Source: Tricharina praecox (lineage: Eukaryota). Taken from it: a DNA stretch of 64,000 nucleotides. The notes under the pieces are model-generated. The model searched no databases, had not been told where the DNA came from, and was given only the letters and a program-made list of their open reading frames with translations. The stretch's first letter is position 1. The number at the start of each line of letters is the position of its first letter. The stretch lies in contig NW_026250421.1 of NCBI RefSeq assembly GCF_024521635.1, positions 310,001 to 374,000 on the forward strand, written 5' to 3'. Positions 10,183-24,357 of this stretch are shown one piece after another. A program made the translations under genes and the position numbers.

Positions 10183-13100
10183 TCGAAACGGGGATGTTGT
10201 TACCGGCAGGGCTTGTGTAGGAGGATGAGGAGGAGGGAGGTCCTTGACTTGTGATGTGCTTGTGACTGACGGACTCGATCATGAACCATGGGGATCGTCG
10301 ATCACAGCGTGAGGCAGCGACTGGCAGCGATATGCAGCTGAAGCAGGCGGAAAGATGGTGTACATGAGATCTGGATCCGAACTGGAGCAGCGGCAACATA
10401 TCATCAGCAGACAGGCCGGGATTCGGAGGGCAGGACAGGGAGTGAAGCAGCGAGCGTTATATTTGTGTTTATTCTTGGAAGTGCTTTTGAGTTCGTTTCT
10501 TGTGATGGGCTAGGAATTTTCCGATTCGCCCTGGAGCTTTGGTGGTGGGGTTAGGTATTAGGTTTAGGTTGAGTACAAGCGAAAGAAGGAAGGAAGAGGA
10601 CGGAGGAGGGCAGAAAGGGCGAAGGGGGCATGTTTAATATCCATAGTTAACCCGAAGCTTTCTTTGGGGGAATGATGCCTTGCCCGTCGGCGTTGCTATC
10701 TGCTGCTTTCTCTCTATCTTTGGTGGTGGTTGGGGCGCGGCAACAGAGATCGAGGATTGATGGGTATCATCGGTGGTAGGACGTCGATGATCGAGATCGC
10801 AATACTTCGAGCGACGTTTCGATTTGACTTCCCTGGAACTCTGGCATCTGCCAACTCTACTCGACCAGGCTGAGCTGATCTGACCCGCCAGTTCTGATCA
10901 CATCCACATCCACATCCTCTCCCCTCCACCCCCATCTGTCACCGTGTGCCCGGTGCGGTTCGGCAATCTTCCAACGATGGTGCTGCTGCTGCTGCTGGTC
11001 CTCGCTACCTACCTTACAGAGAAAAGCCCGATTCTACAAATTCCTGGATCAGATCTGTACGCGTAAGATGTCTGATGGAGAGTTATTTTGGGTGCTGGCG
11101 GTTTCTGCCTTCTCCATCCTGCTGGGTGTGCGTGATAGAGTACATAGCAGTTAGTTGGGTAGTTGGGTATTCCATCGCATCAAGTAGCATAGGCATGTAG
11201 GCAGCATAGCATAGCATAGCTAAGATGTAATTATGTAGGTATTTCGCGCAGAGCTCAGCTCGAGCTCAAGCTCTTTCCTTTTTGTCTGTTTCTTTTGTTT
11301 CTTTTGTTTCTTTTGTTTCTTTTGTTTCTATCTACAGAGTCGAAACGCGAATCCCAAACCTAAACCCATAAACGTATGCATGCAAGCACGCGCGCGAACG
11401 CGACTTGGAGTTGAGCTCAAGTTGAGGTATTTCGTTTCTGTTGATGCTATGCTATTAGTCCCGCCCCACCACCTCCACCACCGCCACTACCACAACTGTT
11501 TAGTGAGCACCTAGTGACTTCCCAGTCCCAGTGCGCTATTGGACAATTGCCATTGCCATTCGGCCTGCGCGAGATTTAGTACAACGTGCGCGCGCCGTGC
11601 GCCACAAGGCGCAATGGCGGGGAAGGGGGGGGGGGGGGGGGGTTCATCCTGTCCAGCGCCGAGCGCCCGGCGCCGGCTCGTTGGAACTTGCGTGTTGCTA
11701 TTCTTGCCACCCCGCTCCGTCCCGGTCCCGGCCCACGCCGTCGAGCTCGAAGGTCACGATGTCGGCGGTCGCAGTAGTACCTAGAGTAGTAGTAGTAGTA
11801 ACTATTACCTACTAGAGTATAGTGGTAGTAAGTTGTAACTACTGTGGCGCCAAACCAGGACGGTGAAGCCCTACATGTGTTACTACGTTACTACTACCGT
11901 GCGTACGTACGTGAGTACATACGCAGCGCTACTAACTACATAGTAGGATGTAGGATGGCATGTGCGAGAGCTTGCGAGTCGCGATAGATGTACTCGTACA
12001 TACAGATAGACGGATATACAGATGTACAGACAGACAGACAGACAGACGGAGACGAGCAACGTGAATGTGAACGTGAACGTGAACGGGTATCCGCAGCCCC
12101 CAGTACAGCCCCCAGTACACAGTCCAGTACACAGTCCAGTACAGTGCGCCCCCCCTCGTTCGTTTGTTTCGCCACTGCCACTGACACTGGGGCGTTCGTT
12201 TGTTTGGCGGGAGCAGCGGGGAGAGAGGGGGGATGGGGGATGGGGGGGTGAAGGGTGAGGGGTTTTGGCCACACACACACCACCAATCCCTCCCATCCCT
12301 CTCATCCCTCCCTTCTTACTCACACTCACACACCACCCTTTCTTACTCACATTCACATTCACTCTCTCACATATACGCCATTCACTCTCGAGTAGGTATC
12401 ACACTCTCGAGTCTCACACTCACACCACAGCTGATCAGTAACTCTAGTCTCCGGATGGACCATCTGCTTCCGTGAAGTCGTGCCTCCCGTTCTAGTGTAT
12501 AGTATTCGCCCTACGCAGTTAAACCGGACGCCTCAGGAAGAGTGTATAGTAGACAGCAGTAGACAGCCACGGAGTTTGCGGAGACCTCGCGGGTGCTCTA
12601 GGATGGGATGGGATGTGGTGGGAGCCTGGGGAGGGGAGGGCAAGCTGACTCCTCCTGCTTGCTGCTGCTGCTGCTACTCCTGCTCCTGCTGCTGCAGAGG
12701 TCGGGGCGGAGGTCGGGGCGATATCCCGTATCCCGGGTGGTGCAACTACCTACATACAAACCGTACATACATGAAGTACATACACACATTAGGTACATAA
12801 ATGAAGTACTCTACTCTCTACATACTCTGGCAGTCTGGGGGCGGCGGTGTGGAAGGAAGGAAGGGAAGGAAGAGTCATGGTCACCATACCGGTACCGGTA
12901 TGTAGCTATCACGGAACTCTTGGTCGCTCGTCGTGCTTGCTTGCTTTCGTGCTTTCTTGCTTCCCGGGAAAGAAAGAAAGGAGAAGAAAAGAAAGGATAC
13001 GACAGAAGATACTGCACTGCACTGCACTGCATTGCACAAGCACAGACACAGGACAAGCGCAGGACAAGAAGGACAAGATGTGACATCGCCCCTCGGCCTG

Positions 13101-14299
13101 GGACTGGTCGCGATAACCAATAAATCTAACCGACTGACCGCCTGCCCGCCCGCCCTTCCCGGAGCAGGAGGAGGACGGGAATCTAGCTTCTCTTACCTAA
13201 CTATCATGCCTGCCCGAGTACCCGGCTGTCCATCGATGATGAAACGTGCGCGCGCGCGTACGGTATATCGTGGACATTATACATATATTATACATGTGCA
13301 CTTACTTACTTATGGTAGGGTACGGCGCGGTACGGTACGGCCACATAGCCGAGGTCTCTCGACGGGATGGAGAGGGATTGAGTGTACCATATGTGTCGCG
13401 GTGCTGGTGGCAGTGGTGTTACTGGTGGTGTTACTGGTGAATTGTATCTTCGTATCTACTCTACAAACCTACAGCATCTATCTACTATCACGGTATCACA
13501 TCACGGTACCGTACCTATCACGGTCTTTCCGTCCGTTGCGCGCATCACTGCCATGTACACACAGACATACATACATACATACATCTACCCTACTCTACTC
13601 TACTCTCTACTCCGGAGTACTCTGGAGTACTCTCCCAAGTGAGGTTCGCCTCGGATGATCCCCCCGGCTGTATCGTGTGTATCTATGTACGTGGGTGAGT
13701 GTGGAGTGACTTTCCCGGTGTTCCCACGTATGTACGGGTTGTCATATCGCGATTGCGGATGTGTCGCTGATATAATGTGATGTGATCTGACGGACATCCC
13801 CCGTCCCCCGTCCCGGTCGTACCCATCCACCCATCCCTCATGTATGCCGAGGTAGCGTGACTAGGCGGGTGTGCGGGTGGAACGGAACCAAAGAACGTCA
13901 CAGACGCGCTCATTCGGCGGCAGCTTCGGAGCTTCCCCCCTTCTCTCGCGTATATATCTAATCGTATATGATCCGATCGTGCGAGCGATCGTGCACTCTA
14001 ATAGACGTCTAGAGTAACTAGAGCCAGAGACGCACAGACGCACAGACGCATCGCGGGGTACTGTATATAATAGTTACCTGGCTTATGTAACTTATGTATG
14101 CACTGCTCAGAGATCCCCAGGCCCCAGCACCGGCAAAATAAGGGATACCTGTCCTTACGGTTATTGCAAGTACTGCACGTACTACAAGCACTGCAACTAT
14201 GTATATAGTAACGCGCCGTGACGTCGTGACGTCTGACGTATCTGACGTATGTATCTAGAGCCCATACATACATACATACCATATATCTGGCTTTAGGGT

Positions 14300-14520
14300 A
14301 CATCACACATCATACATCACACATCATACATCACACATCATACATCATACATAGCCAGGTATGTAGGTGCGTAGGGGCGATAGATGTGACGGATGTGCGA
14401 TCGACGCCGCATCCGGGAAGTGCAGAAGTGCAGACGTCGCATCCCTATCATACATAGATGTCGCATCCCTAGGCGTCGCATTCCTAGGCGTCGCATCCCC
14501 AGATGTCGCAGATGTCGCGC
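14300..14520. repeat. Tandem repeat cluster (CATACATCACA xn; ~15-bp GTCGCATCCCTAG-like units)
   Basis: Read directly from the sequence. Confidence 0.7.
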
Positions 14521-17500
14521 GTATAAATACATCTGCCTCTGCGTCGACGACGTCTGCGGCGCTGCGTGTGCGTCTGCCTGTGCTTGTGCGTGTGCGTCCC
14601 CCGCAAAATCGGATCCGTGGAAACGTCTCGAGATGCGTCCGTCCGCCTACATATCCATGCCATCCATGACCATCCTTGACCATATGTACCTACCATCGGC
14701 CATTATTTTTCCCCAGACGTTACCATAGACACATAGACGAAGGAGGAAAGACGTGCGGTGCGGTGCGATATCCTCGCATCGTATCGTATCGTATCTACTC
14801 GACTCCACTCTAACGCGCATGTCGCATCGAAGCAATACAAGGCAGGGCGTGCTGAGTTTAGCTCGGTTGGTTGGTTTGCTTGGTTTGGTTTGGTTGGGAT
14901 AGGGTAGGGTAGGTAAGGTGTTCCCGGTACAATCCCACCACTCACCACAGCATCACCAATCTCCGCCACCAGCGTGCCCAGTGCCAGGCAGTCAGTCAGC
15001 TACATACAGCAAAGAGTAACAGAGCGAGAGAGAAAAAAAAACTTGATACATATTACTCGAGGAGGGAGGGAGGGGGCGAGGGGAGGGGGCGAGGGGGGGG
15101 GGCCTGTCAGAAAGGAAAGAAAGAAAGAATTGCCCAGCACAGGACGAGGCCCCCTCGACCTCGACCTCGACCTCCTTCCCTTTGAGAGGGGGATAGCGAG
15201 GGCCCTGGGAAATGAGGATTCCACATGGTTTGTACTGTATGTACATATCTTCGACGAAATTTTTTTGCGCGCTGCGACCGGAGTAACTATCTTTCGTTGC
15301 GTTGCGTGTCTCGGACAGAAGAGAGGGGGGGGGTCGAGGGGCTGTGAGAGCGAAGTGAAGTGAAGTGTGCGCTGAGCTGCATTACGCCTTTGCTTGCTTG
15401 CTTCCTGCTGTGTTCTCTTTCGTATCTTCTGTTGCAGTTCTTCGATGTGCTGTTCTCGTCATCCGTCCATCCATCGAAGGAAGAAAGAAAGTCGGGGGGG
15501 GGGTCGGGGTCGGGGGGAGTTGGGTGGGTATCTCACAAATGTCCGGTCTCTTTCCTGTACTGTAGAGTCGACTCTCTCTCTCTCTATCTATCTTCCACCA
15601 TATCGATGCAATGCAATGCGCGCCGATAGCCCCACCATCATCCAATCCCCGTCATAATTTTCCGCCGCCGCCGAGCCGACAACGACAACAGCAACAACCA
15701 CCACCTCGAGCACCACAACCACCCAACGACCAACGGGTGTCCCATCCGAACTTTTATGGGATACCCACCGCACTCGATCTCCACCACTTTTCAGGCACCG
15801 GGAAAAGGAGGGGTCATGTTTCTGTTTCTAATCCGGAGTTGTGATGCCGGATGCTGCTGGAAAATAGAACAGTAGTAGAAGCAGAATCAGCAGCAGCAGC
15901 AATAGAAGCAGCAGCAGAAGCAGCAGCAATGAATGAAACGTGTATGTATGCATATTGATTGTGATTGAGCGTGAGCTGTATGTGTATGTATCAACAGCCG
16001 GCACCGGCGCCTCGCAGCAGCTGAGAGGTGGAGGTAGGTATGATATGTAGGTGCGGTAATGATGAGCAGAGGGAGCGCGAGAATTGCGCCTTCGCATCTA
16101 CCGTACCCAATGCGCTGTCTGCAAAGTGAGAAAACACGGGTGGGCCAGCCAGTCAGTCCAGTGAGTCCAGTCAGTCCAGTCTCTCTCCCGGCCGGTGTAT
16201 GGCGGTATGTTTGTACATATCATATGTATGTACGAGCGTGCGTAGTAGGTAGTAAGCTGTAGATATGTAGTGTGCATATTTTGCCCTTTTGCTTCTTCCT
16301 TCCCATTCCCCGGATGTTCGTTTTTCCTTCCCATTCCCCCGATCACTTGGCTTGCCCTCCACCATCTTCTTCTGTCTATTCTTCCTTCCTTCCTTCTTTC
16401 TTTCCTTCGCTCCGTCGTGCCACCCCAGTGAAGGGTGGGTGGATGGATGGGTGCGGTGCGTTCCGCTGTGGGTTGTTGGGGAAAACCCGGGTGCGGTATG
16501 CAGTGGAGAACGGGAAGATGGACGAGGGGGGTAGGAAGGAGGGGGGGAAGGGGGGGAGGGCGTGCGAGCGGACTGGGTGATCAATGGCCGGTACGGTAAT
16601 CACCTACAGCGCTTGTTCGCCTGTCTTTACGCTACAACAACGCATCTGCGAACAGAATAAGACCTAGGCAGGAAATCTGCCGACTTGCATGGTGTGGGCA
16701 TGGGGATTGTAGGCACATAGTTCGCAGCGCATACACGCCTAGTAGGTGTGTCTTGGTCGCTCGTTGGCTCGATGGGCCGCAGCTCGTTTGTCCCATGCCT
16801 GGGGGAGGGGGATGTAGAATGGGGGAATAGATATCTAGCGGGCGAAGGAAGGAATGGACGGGGAGGGGGGGTGGAAGAGAAAATAATATGGTGCAGGAAA
16901 ACCGCGTAGCGTACATACAAGAAACGACAGAGTGATCATGAAAAACGTGCTGCAATTTATCCGGAGAGTACCCCAAGTAGGATTGTAGGTACTTACATGT
17001 GAGCGAGATGATATGGTGATATACCGCATAGCGTGTACTCTCCTCGAGCGGGACTAGGTGTAGGTGTAGATAGAGTAAAATGTGCAGACTCTGCGCCAGA
17101 AAAATTCCAGACTATCTTTCGCTCGCTCGGTACCTCCTCCGGTCGGCCCGCAAATAACTAGGGCCCCGGGTGAGCAGATTAGAGGCGCGCTCTAGGGTGG
17201 CGGCCACTGGTCATGGTGCGCCAGAGGTGAGAAGGAAGCTGTGCGAACCACGTTGGACTATTTTTTTTCCCGTTCGTTTGTGAAGATTAGTCGTGCGAAA
17301 AGGTACGAACGAACTGCCTATGGCTGGCCCCCATAAATGTACCGGCTGCCCACGATGCCTATCACCTCCGACTTCATCGTATGTAGCTGGGATAATAATC
17401 AATAAGCCTGGGCAGGCGCCTCGTACCGCAGCTGCATACCGGAATAACTTTCGGGATGTCCTAGACGAGGAAACGCATAAGCACTCGGAAGGAAGATACC

Positions 17501-20500
17501 AGCCAGCAGCAAGATAGCAGCGTTGGCGGAAAGAAGGATGTGGAAGGATTTGATGGAGTGACATTACCCACCCACAGTACCCACCGACATCCTCTCGACG
17601 GAAAATTCCTGCTCCCTCCCCCCCCTCCTTTTGCGGGTCGTTCTCTCAGTGGCCATTTTCTCCCTCTCCAGTTCCTCCCGCCTTCGAATCTGATTCCCAT
17701 CGTCCGTCATTGCTGCTTGTGGACATCATAGCGACGATTGCTGTATGCACTCCGCTTTTCCATCAAGCCGCGCAATCGTCCCAGATGTGAGCAATAGAAG
17801 GCCGAGACAGATCCATCATATAATTCTCGGCAGGCCCCGGTGGGTAGGTATGTATGATATGGTACCACACAACGTCTGACGAGGCGTTTAAGGTACTTGT
17901 ACCACACACGCACCCACACACCCACACATCCACACGCCCGCTTTGTCTGGCCGAGGTCGTCGTCGTTGTCGCATTAGCTTCTCGGCCCCCGACGAACCAG
18001 CATCCAGGGCGCTGGCACATCTGTCTTTTTAGTATGGATTTGTTTCGATTGCCGCATGGGGGAACTCCAACGCCGCAGGCCTTGACAGTGTTTCCCCCCG
18101 TCTGTCCGTGCGTGCGTCGCGGTTCGAAAACTCGCTCGACAATTCAATTCCACCATGACCACCATCGGCCGCCGCCACCACGGCCACTGACCACCACGGC
18201 CACCACCACAACCATCACCGCCAATGTTGCTACCCCCTCCCCACTTCCGACTCCCACCCCACTACCCTACCCTAGGGTAAACGCCCGCCCGCTCGCCCAC
18301 ATTCTGTAACCAGATCCGAAGCGAGCGAGTCCGAGTCGACTCACTTGCAGCGGTGCAGACGGTCGAAAGTGCGTTGCCAGATCCCCACTCCTTCTGTGCA
18401 TCCGGACGGGCATTCCTTATCGCAAGCAAGCAAGCTCCGTTCGAGTTTCATGCCCTCCCTCCCTCGGCAGGATGCTGTAACGTTCCGGAAGAGTCTATCA
18501 AGTGCAAATAGGTATGCAACCGCACACCACCATCCGTTCGCACTGGATGAAAGAGTAAAGTAAGCACATGTCGCGATAGCGACGGGCGATGAGTGTGGAG
18601 GTGGCGGAGGTGGAGGTGGTGGAGGCGGTAGAGGTGGTGGAAGTAGAGGTGGGTGGTAATTGCGGAGAAGATGGTGGTGTTGGTGGGTGACGATAGTACG
18701 GTGCGGCCCCTCCACGACCTCCGCCGCTGCTGTTAATTGCTGCTGCCGCTTGGTTGCAGCTGCATAGTAAAGTACAGGCTATGCTATTCGAGCAGCGTCT
18801 CGTATGTCCGATGATGATGACGATGAATCCCAAACACATTCCGTTATCAAATGCACGCCTTCTTTTCTTTCCTTTTGATTATTTTCTTTCTTATTATCTT
18901 TTTCTTCTTGGGGGGAGGGGGGGTTGAACTTATCGCCACGGCTCCGAGCAATCTGTGTGTGTGTGGTGGTGTGAGTGGCCCGGGTCACAGCCTTGCGTGC
19001 AGGCGAAATGTATTGGTGTGACGAAGACCCAGGGCGGTTTCGAGGGCGAAGAGGGCGCGCGCGCAAGGCTGGGGGCTGGGCTGGGCTGGGCTGGAAGGGT
19101 AGGGCGCGGGGGGTGAGAGGGGGATATGGGCGTTATATGGGGAGAGGCAACAGCTTTCGAATGAAGGAGGGTGTGGGTGTGAGGATTGCGGATTGCGGAT
19201 TCCTTTTGTGCCATTGATGTTGATCGAGATCGCGAGATGGGAATTGGACGGGTACTCGATGGATCGATGATCGATTCAATCGGCCTTACGCGGCTAACGG
19301 GGGGGAGGGTGTTCGCTTTGGCTGGATGGCTGGATGGCTGGCTGGCTGTGGCTGGCTGTGGCTGGCTGGATGGCCTGGTGCTTGGCGAGGGTACACTGGG
19401 GAAAAAGGCACAGGCTGTTGTGCACATGACGATGTCTCGATCTGTCAACCATATGCGCGCATATTAAATTTCTGTGTTTCAACAGAGGCTGAGAAGAACA
19501 AGGTTCCCCCGTTCCTAAGCGGATTGGTAAACCAAGGATTTGGAGCTGTATGTAGCATCCGAGTCCACTGGCCGCTGGTCGATACGGGCTGGTGACTTAC
19601 CACTGACCAGCACTGCGGCGGCCGCCGTGTTCGTGACCCGCCTCGGAAGTAGGCTCTCTTCGTTCCCTTTGACTCTCGGAGGAGCGCCGATTGCAGCACT
19701 GTTCGGAATGTCGGAGCTACGGGCTCCATCGTCCATTCTCCATGCTCCATCGATCCATCCAGGTCAGTGCTTGTGGGGGGAATTCCTGGGACTTGCGGAA
19801 TAGAGTTCACGCTTCACGCTTCACGCTTCACACTTCACACTTCACACTTCACACTTCACAGAGCACCTTCGCCCCGGAGCCAAGTGCACTACTACATACA
19901 GGTATGTGCTCCAGCTATTTGCGGAAACCCCCAAGTTTCCAACTCTACCACTACTGACGCTCTGACCATGATGCTGTCGAGTTTGAATTCGGACTTGGAA
20001 TACCTGCCTCAGTACCTTGTCTGGTCTTGGAGGTTTTCTGTCTGTCTGTCTGGGAAACTGGAGCCCCCAGGACCTGGTATGATATGGCATGGCGTGGGCG
20101 GAGTGGGATGGATGGTGGATGGATGGATGGTGGTGGATGGATGGATGGATGGGCCGTGGGCGCTAGGCTGTCGGAGTCGCTCGTCAAAGATCCCTTCCCG
20201 CCAGTACTAACTGCTCTACTCCAATTCCTCTGTCTGCCCTACTTGCTAGCGAAGACTAAAATCCGTTGGATGGTCACTGGTGAGCATTGGCGTAGGCAAG
20301 GGGCCGAGTGGCCGACCAAGGTGCAGGCGAGAAGTACACATATCACATCTCCATACCGGGCTCTCGCTCGCTCGCTCTCTCTCGGCTCCGTCAAAGTGCA
20401 GAATGGAACGTCAGCATTGGTCCCAGAGGGCCAGACTATGGGGTGTAGTTACTCCTCAAAGCCGTGGTGTTTCGCGTTTGCATATCCGCATAAAGGCTGT

Positions 20501-21538
20501 CGACAAAAATCTGGTTTTGAGAGTCGGGGGCGGTTGCGAGCAGGATTCCGCAACTCGTCATGGCTGCCATCACCGTGCCGGAACCTTGAGGATGTGTAGT
20601 GGGAATGTACGGGTACCGGTATGCTACTTGAGCCGAGAAGGTGCGACGTGAGTGCCTGGTCTTTACGGCCAGAACCGGCGGCCCGAGAAGGCTGGGATGG
20701 TATGGGCCACTGATCACTGGACTACAGCCGGTCGGCCAGCCAGTCACAGCCCGGCCGAGAAGGCTATGGTACCGGTAGAATGGCCACTGGTCGGCCAGTC
20801 AGTCAGTCAGTCAGCCCGCCACCAGCCCGCTCGCCAGCCCGCTCGTGACTCCCACAGAACGTGACAATAATGAGTGGGTCTCCATTGCCGTGGCGCTTGC
20901 CGATGAACACTAAACGTCCGTTCAGCCCTGCCTCCACTGCAGTCAGCCTGCCTTTTTGCTTTTTGGGCTGGCCTTGGCTACGAGCCTGCGAGAATCTTGA
21001 CCTTTTTTTCCGAATCACAACACCCGATAACTGATCCTGGGAACATTGGCCGCGTATTGCTTTTTGGACCCCCCCACCAGTGACCACCACCACTCTCGCT
21101 CTCACTCTCGCTCACAGCCGGCGTTCGCTGTCATGAAAATCTCGGGACTCCACTGAGTTTTTTTTCCTTGGACGGCCGGGGGGTTTTTCCTCCTCCTCCT
21201 TCGTTCTCTCCATGCATCACACCCAGAGCAGAGAGCAGGTACTATCCGGGGAACAGAAGTGTCCAGAGCTCGCGCCGGTAATATAGACCCGGAGGCTACT
21301 ACGCACCGACATAAACCTACAGCTTTGGTGCAGCAATCGCCATGCACGTGGGGAATGCCGACAAGATGGTGAAGAAGTAGCAGCTACACCAGCTACACCC
21401 ACCCTCGTTTCTCGTGGCTGGCTGCCGGTCGGCCGTTCTGTCTGTCCCAGCCAGGCGGCCGTTATGGTGGTGGTGGTGGTGGTGGTGGTGACCGCGCAGT
21501 CTGCACCATTCTGCAACCAGTGCTCCCACTACACTACC

Positions 21539-22886
21539 ATGGCCGGCCACCACCACCATCTCCACCACCACCACCCACACACCACCATCCCACCCCCGCG
21601 AAAGTCAAACAAAAAAAAAGAAGGTCTGTAGACGACAAGCACGAGAGAGGGACAGGACACACCTTCTCTCCCACTCACACACCCTCCCCCGACACCCCCC
21701 GGCAGTTCACCAATTGCCGGTCCGTCGCGTTATACTACCTACTACCCAACGCCTACACTATCCAACACCTACTACCAACTACTCACCCACCGCAATTCGG
21801 AGCTTATGGCGATCCAACTACAAAGACCCAGGCCCCTCCACACTCCTTCGACTTCCCATTCCTAGCATCTCGACTGGCCATCAGCATCGGACACCTCGAA
21901 TTCAAATCACCATCAGCTTCTCAGTTTCCCTTCTGCCTCCTCCCGTCGCCAATCCCACCACCCCAGCAGTCTCACTCAACCCGCCGGCCTCCACATTCCA
22001 ACGCTGTCTCAATACATACATAACCAGCCCGTTCCCGCAACACCGTCAGTTCGCATTGTCAGCCATATCGCCACTCTCGTGCCCTCCACCCCCCAGCAGT
22101 CTCACCAGAACTCGTCAACTACCGTGCAATTCAACCTGGCATCGTTCAAACAATTCTCCCGGTTCCGCCTACGCCCCGCTAGCTGCCACTTTCGGATCGG
22201 TTATTTCCCAACCTTCTGGAAGGCCTCTCCCCAAACTACTCCGTCAACCAGAGTCGGAGCCACGAGTTTCAAGCGAAATCCACCAGGCTTGCAAGGAAAG
22301 AGGATCACACTACGACACTTTAGAACAGACTGAAGGGGACCGAGGAATTGCAATCCGCTTCTTTGGCAGCCTTCGCAGCTCCCTGGCCCGCTCTACCTAG
22401 CTCTTTCATATTACCCCCCGTGTCAGAGACACCAAAACAGAAACAGAAAGAACCGAAGCCCCCGACACCAACGAATGCCCGCGGCATAAGTCTGAAAAGT
22501 TACCGAAGGAACGAATACACTAATTCTTTCCACGGAGCTTCGAGAAGGAAATTAGTTGGTTTTGGCTGTATATCAGCTCGGACAACCCCCCTCGAAGAAC
22601 GCAATAGTTGGCTTCCAGCTCTCTCTCTTCAACTTCCCACTTTCAACGGATTCGTTATCTCGTCCCAGCTACGATCACCGCACGGAGCCCTTATATTTCA
22701 AGGAACCCGCAGCTATCTATCCACCACCGCCGCCTATCCGACCGCCGACCGGCCTCCAGCAATCCGCCGACCGACCAATTATAGAACCCGCTTGAGGCTT
22801 TTTCTGGTCTCGACTATTGATTGAAACCGCCCAGTCCATCCGTCCCGGATTATTTATCTACCTCCACGTCCCCGTCCCCTTTCCAG
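21539..22886 (+). promoter_or_regulatory. Putative long 5' leader of the Ecl1-family gene with short uORFs (21539-21631, 21806-21865, 22475-22489)
   Basis: Only two ATGs in 21542-22886, both closing quickly; C-rich, UTR-like composition. The transcription start is unknown. Confidence 0.4.
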
Positions 22887-24357
22887 ATGGCGAACCACAA
22901 GAAACCGAGAGGCAACCGTCCTCAGTCCGCTCCCCGAAGCAACAGCAATAGCTCCCGACCGCGAGGCCTCAAACCACCGCGCGACAACAGCAACGGCGCT
23001 GCAGCAGTTAGCGATTCGGATCCTTCGATGGCGCAGAGCTTCCTACCCTTTTGGTATGTACCATCTCCTGTTCTAATCCCGTCGCTTGATCTCGCCACTT
23101 TCTTTTCCCGTCGCAACACCACCACTACTGCCCCATAATCATCCCTTCCTCCCCGCTCTGTCGCAGGAATGTGTGTGTACTCTATATTTATTTATTGCAC
23201 ACCCTCATCGCGTCCCCGTTTTCCTTGCCTCTGGCTGCGTTGCCTTGCGCTTCGCATGTGCGCCAATGGCGTTCTCGTTTCGTTCTAGGCTCGTTATCTC
23301 CCATTGGTGATAAGAGAGTTTAGCCAAGCAGACGCGCAGCTGGTTGCTGCTCTTTGACGTTGCTCGCTGCATAACTACCCCCCATTATTGCTTTTTAGCA
23401 GTAGCTGGCTGCAGCTGCCATGCAACCATCAATCCTTCATACTGCCTCGTGCGAACAATTTGATCGACCACATCGCTGACAATGATTTCCATTTGCAGCG
23501 CGCATTGCGAAAAGCAAATTGTTGTGCCAAACACCAGCATTCTGTTTTGCTCCGAGAAGTGCAAACGCAAGGACGAGGCCAAATCCCCCGGCCAAGGCTA
23601 CAGCTACACTTCGTTCGGCATGACCCCTCCCTACTCTGCCGACCCCATCGAGGGCACCGCTCCCTCGAGGAATTACGTCCAGCCCCTCAGCCCCACTCGT
23701 CCCGTGCGGGGCTTCGACGAGGACTCGCTCTCGAGATCCATGGTGTCGATGAACATCAACACATACACCCCCGAGTCGTCACGACCAAACTCGGGCACGA
23801 CGTCGCCAGTCGACTGCACTCCTGGTTCGCCCACCGGCAGCACCAATAGCTCCAACATCTACCAGCCTCCCCGCCGACCACAGCACCTGAGAGCTATGAC
23901 CTCAGGCGCCATCTCCACTCTCAGCAGCATCTCGACCACGTCTCACGCCGTCCCCGTGCCCACGCAGTACCAGTACGGAGGACAGCAACGCCCCTTGCCT
24001 CCCCTGCACCGGCCACACCCCTTCTCCACGTCGCCACGATCGATCGATCTGGTCACACCTTACATGTCGGGGCCTGTGTCGCCACGAGCCGAGCCCATCA
24101 CCACCCAATACCGCCGCAGCTCGCACCACGGAGAGGACGAGCGCGCCCACCGCGAGAGGAAGAACAGCGACGTGGCTGCTGCTGCTGCCGCTACGGCCCC
24201 ACGTGGCAGTCTCCGGACGCTATTCAACTTTGACGCAATCCGCGGCGAGCCATACGTGCCGGAGGCGGCGGCGACGAGCCCAGAAAAGTACCTTACGTAC
24301 AGCAATGGCACACCGATACTGGCGAGGATGAGTCCGACTGCTGTACATTTCCGATGA
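22887..24357 (+). CDS. Ecl1-family (extender of chronological lifespan) Cys4 protein, ~341 aa (exons 22887-23053, 23499-24357)
   Basis: GTATGT donor at 23054, GCTGAC branch, TTGCAG acceptor at 23498; the spliced product reads SFLPFCAHCEKQIVVPNTSILFCSEKCKRKD, the Ecl1-type C-x2-C...L(Y/F)CS-x2-C-x3-D motif; Ser/Pro-rich tail with RPLPP, STSPRSIDLVTP and GSLRTLFNF. The start could instead be the ATG at 23028. Confidence 0.85.

Noticed and set aside
21714..22400. 228-codon TTG-initiated ORF in the Ecl1 leader
   Set aside because: No in-frame ATG; low-complexity Pro/Ser/Thr content expected from C-rich sequence.
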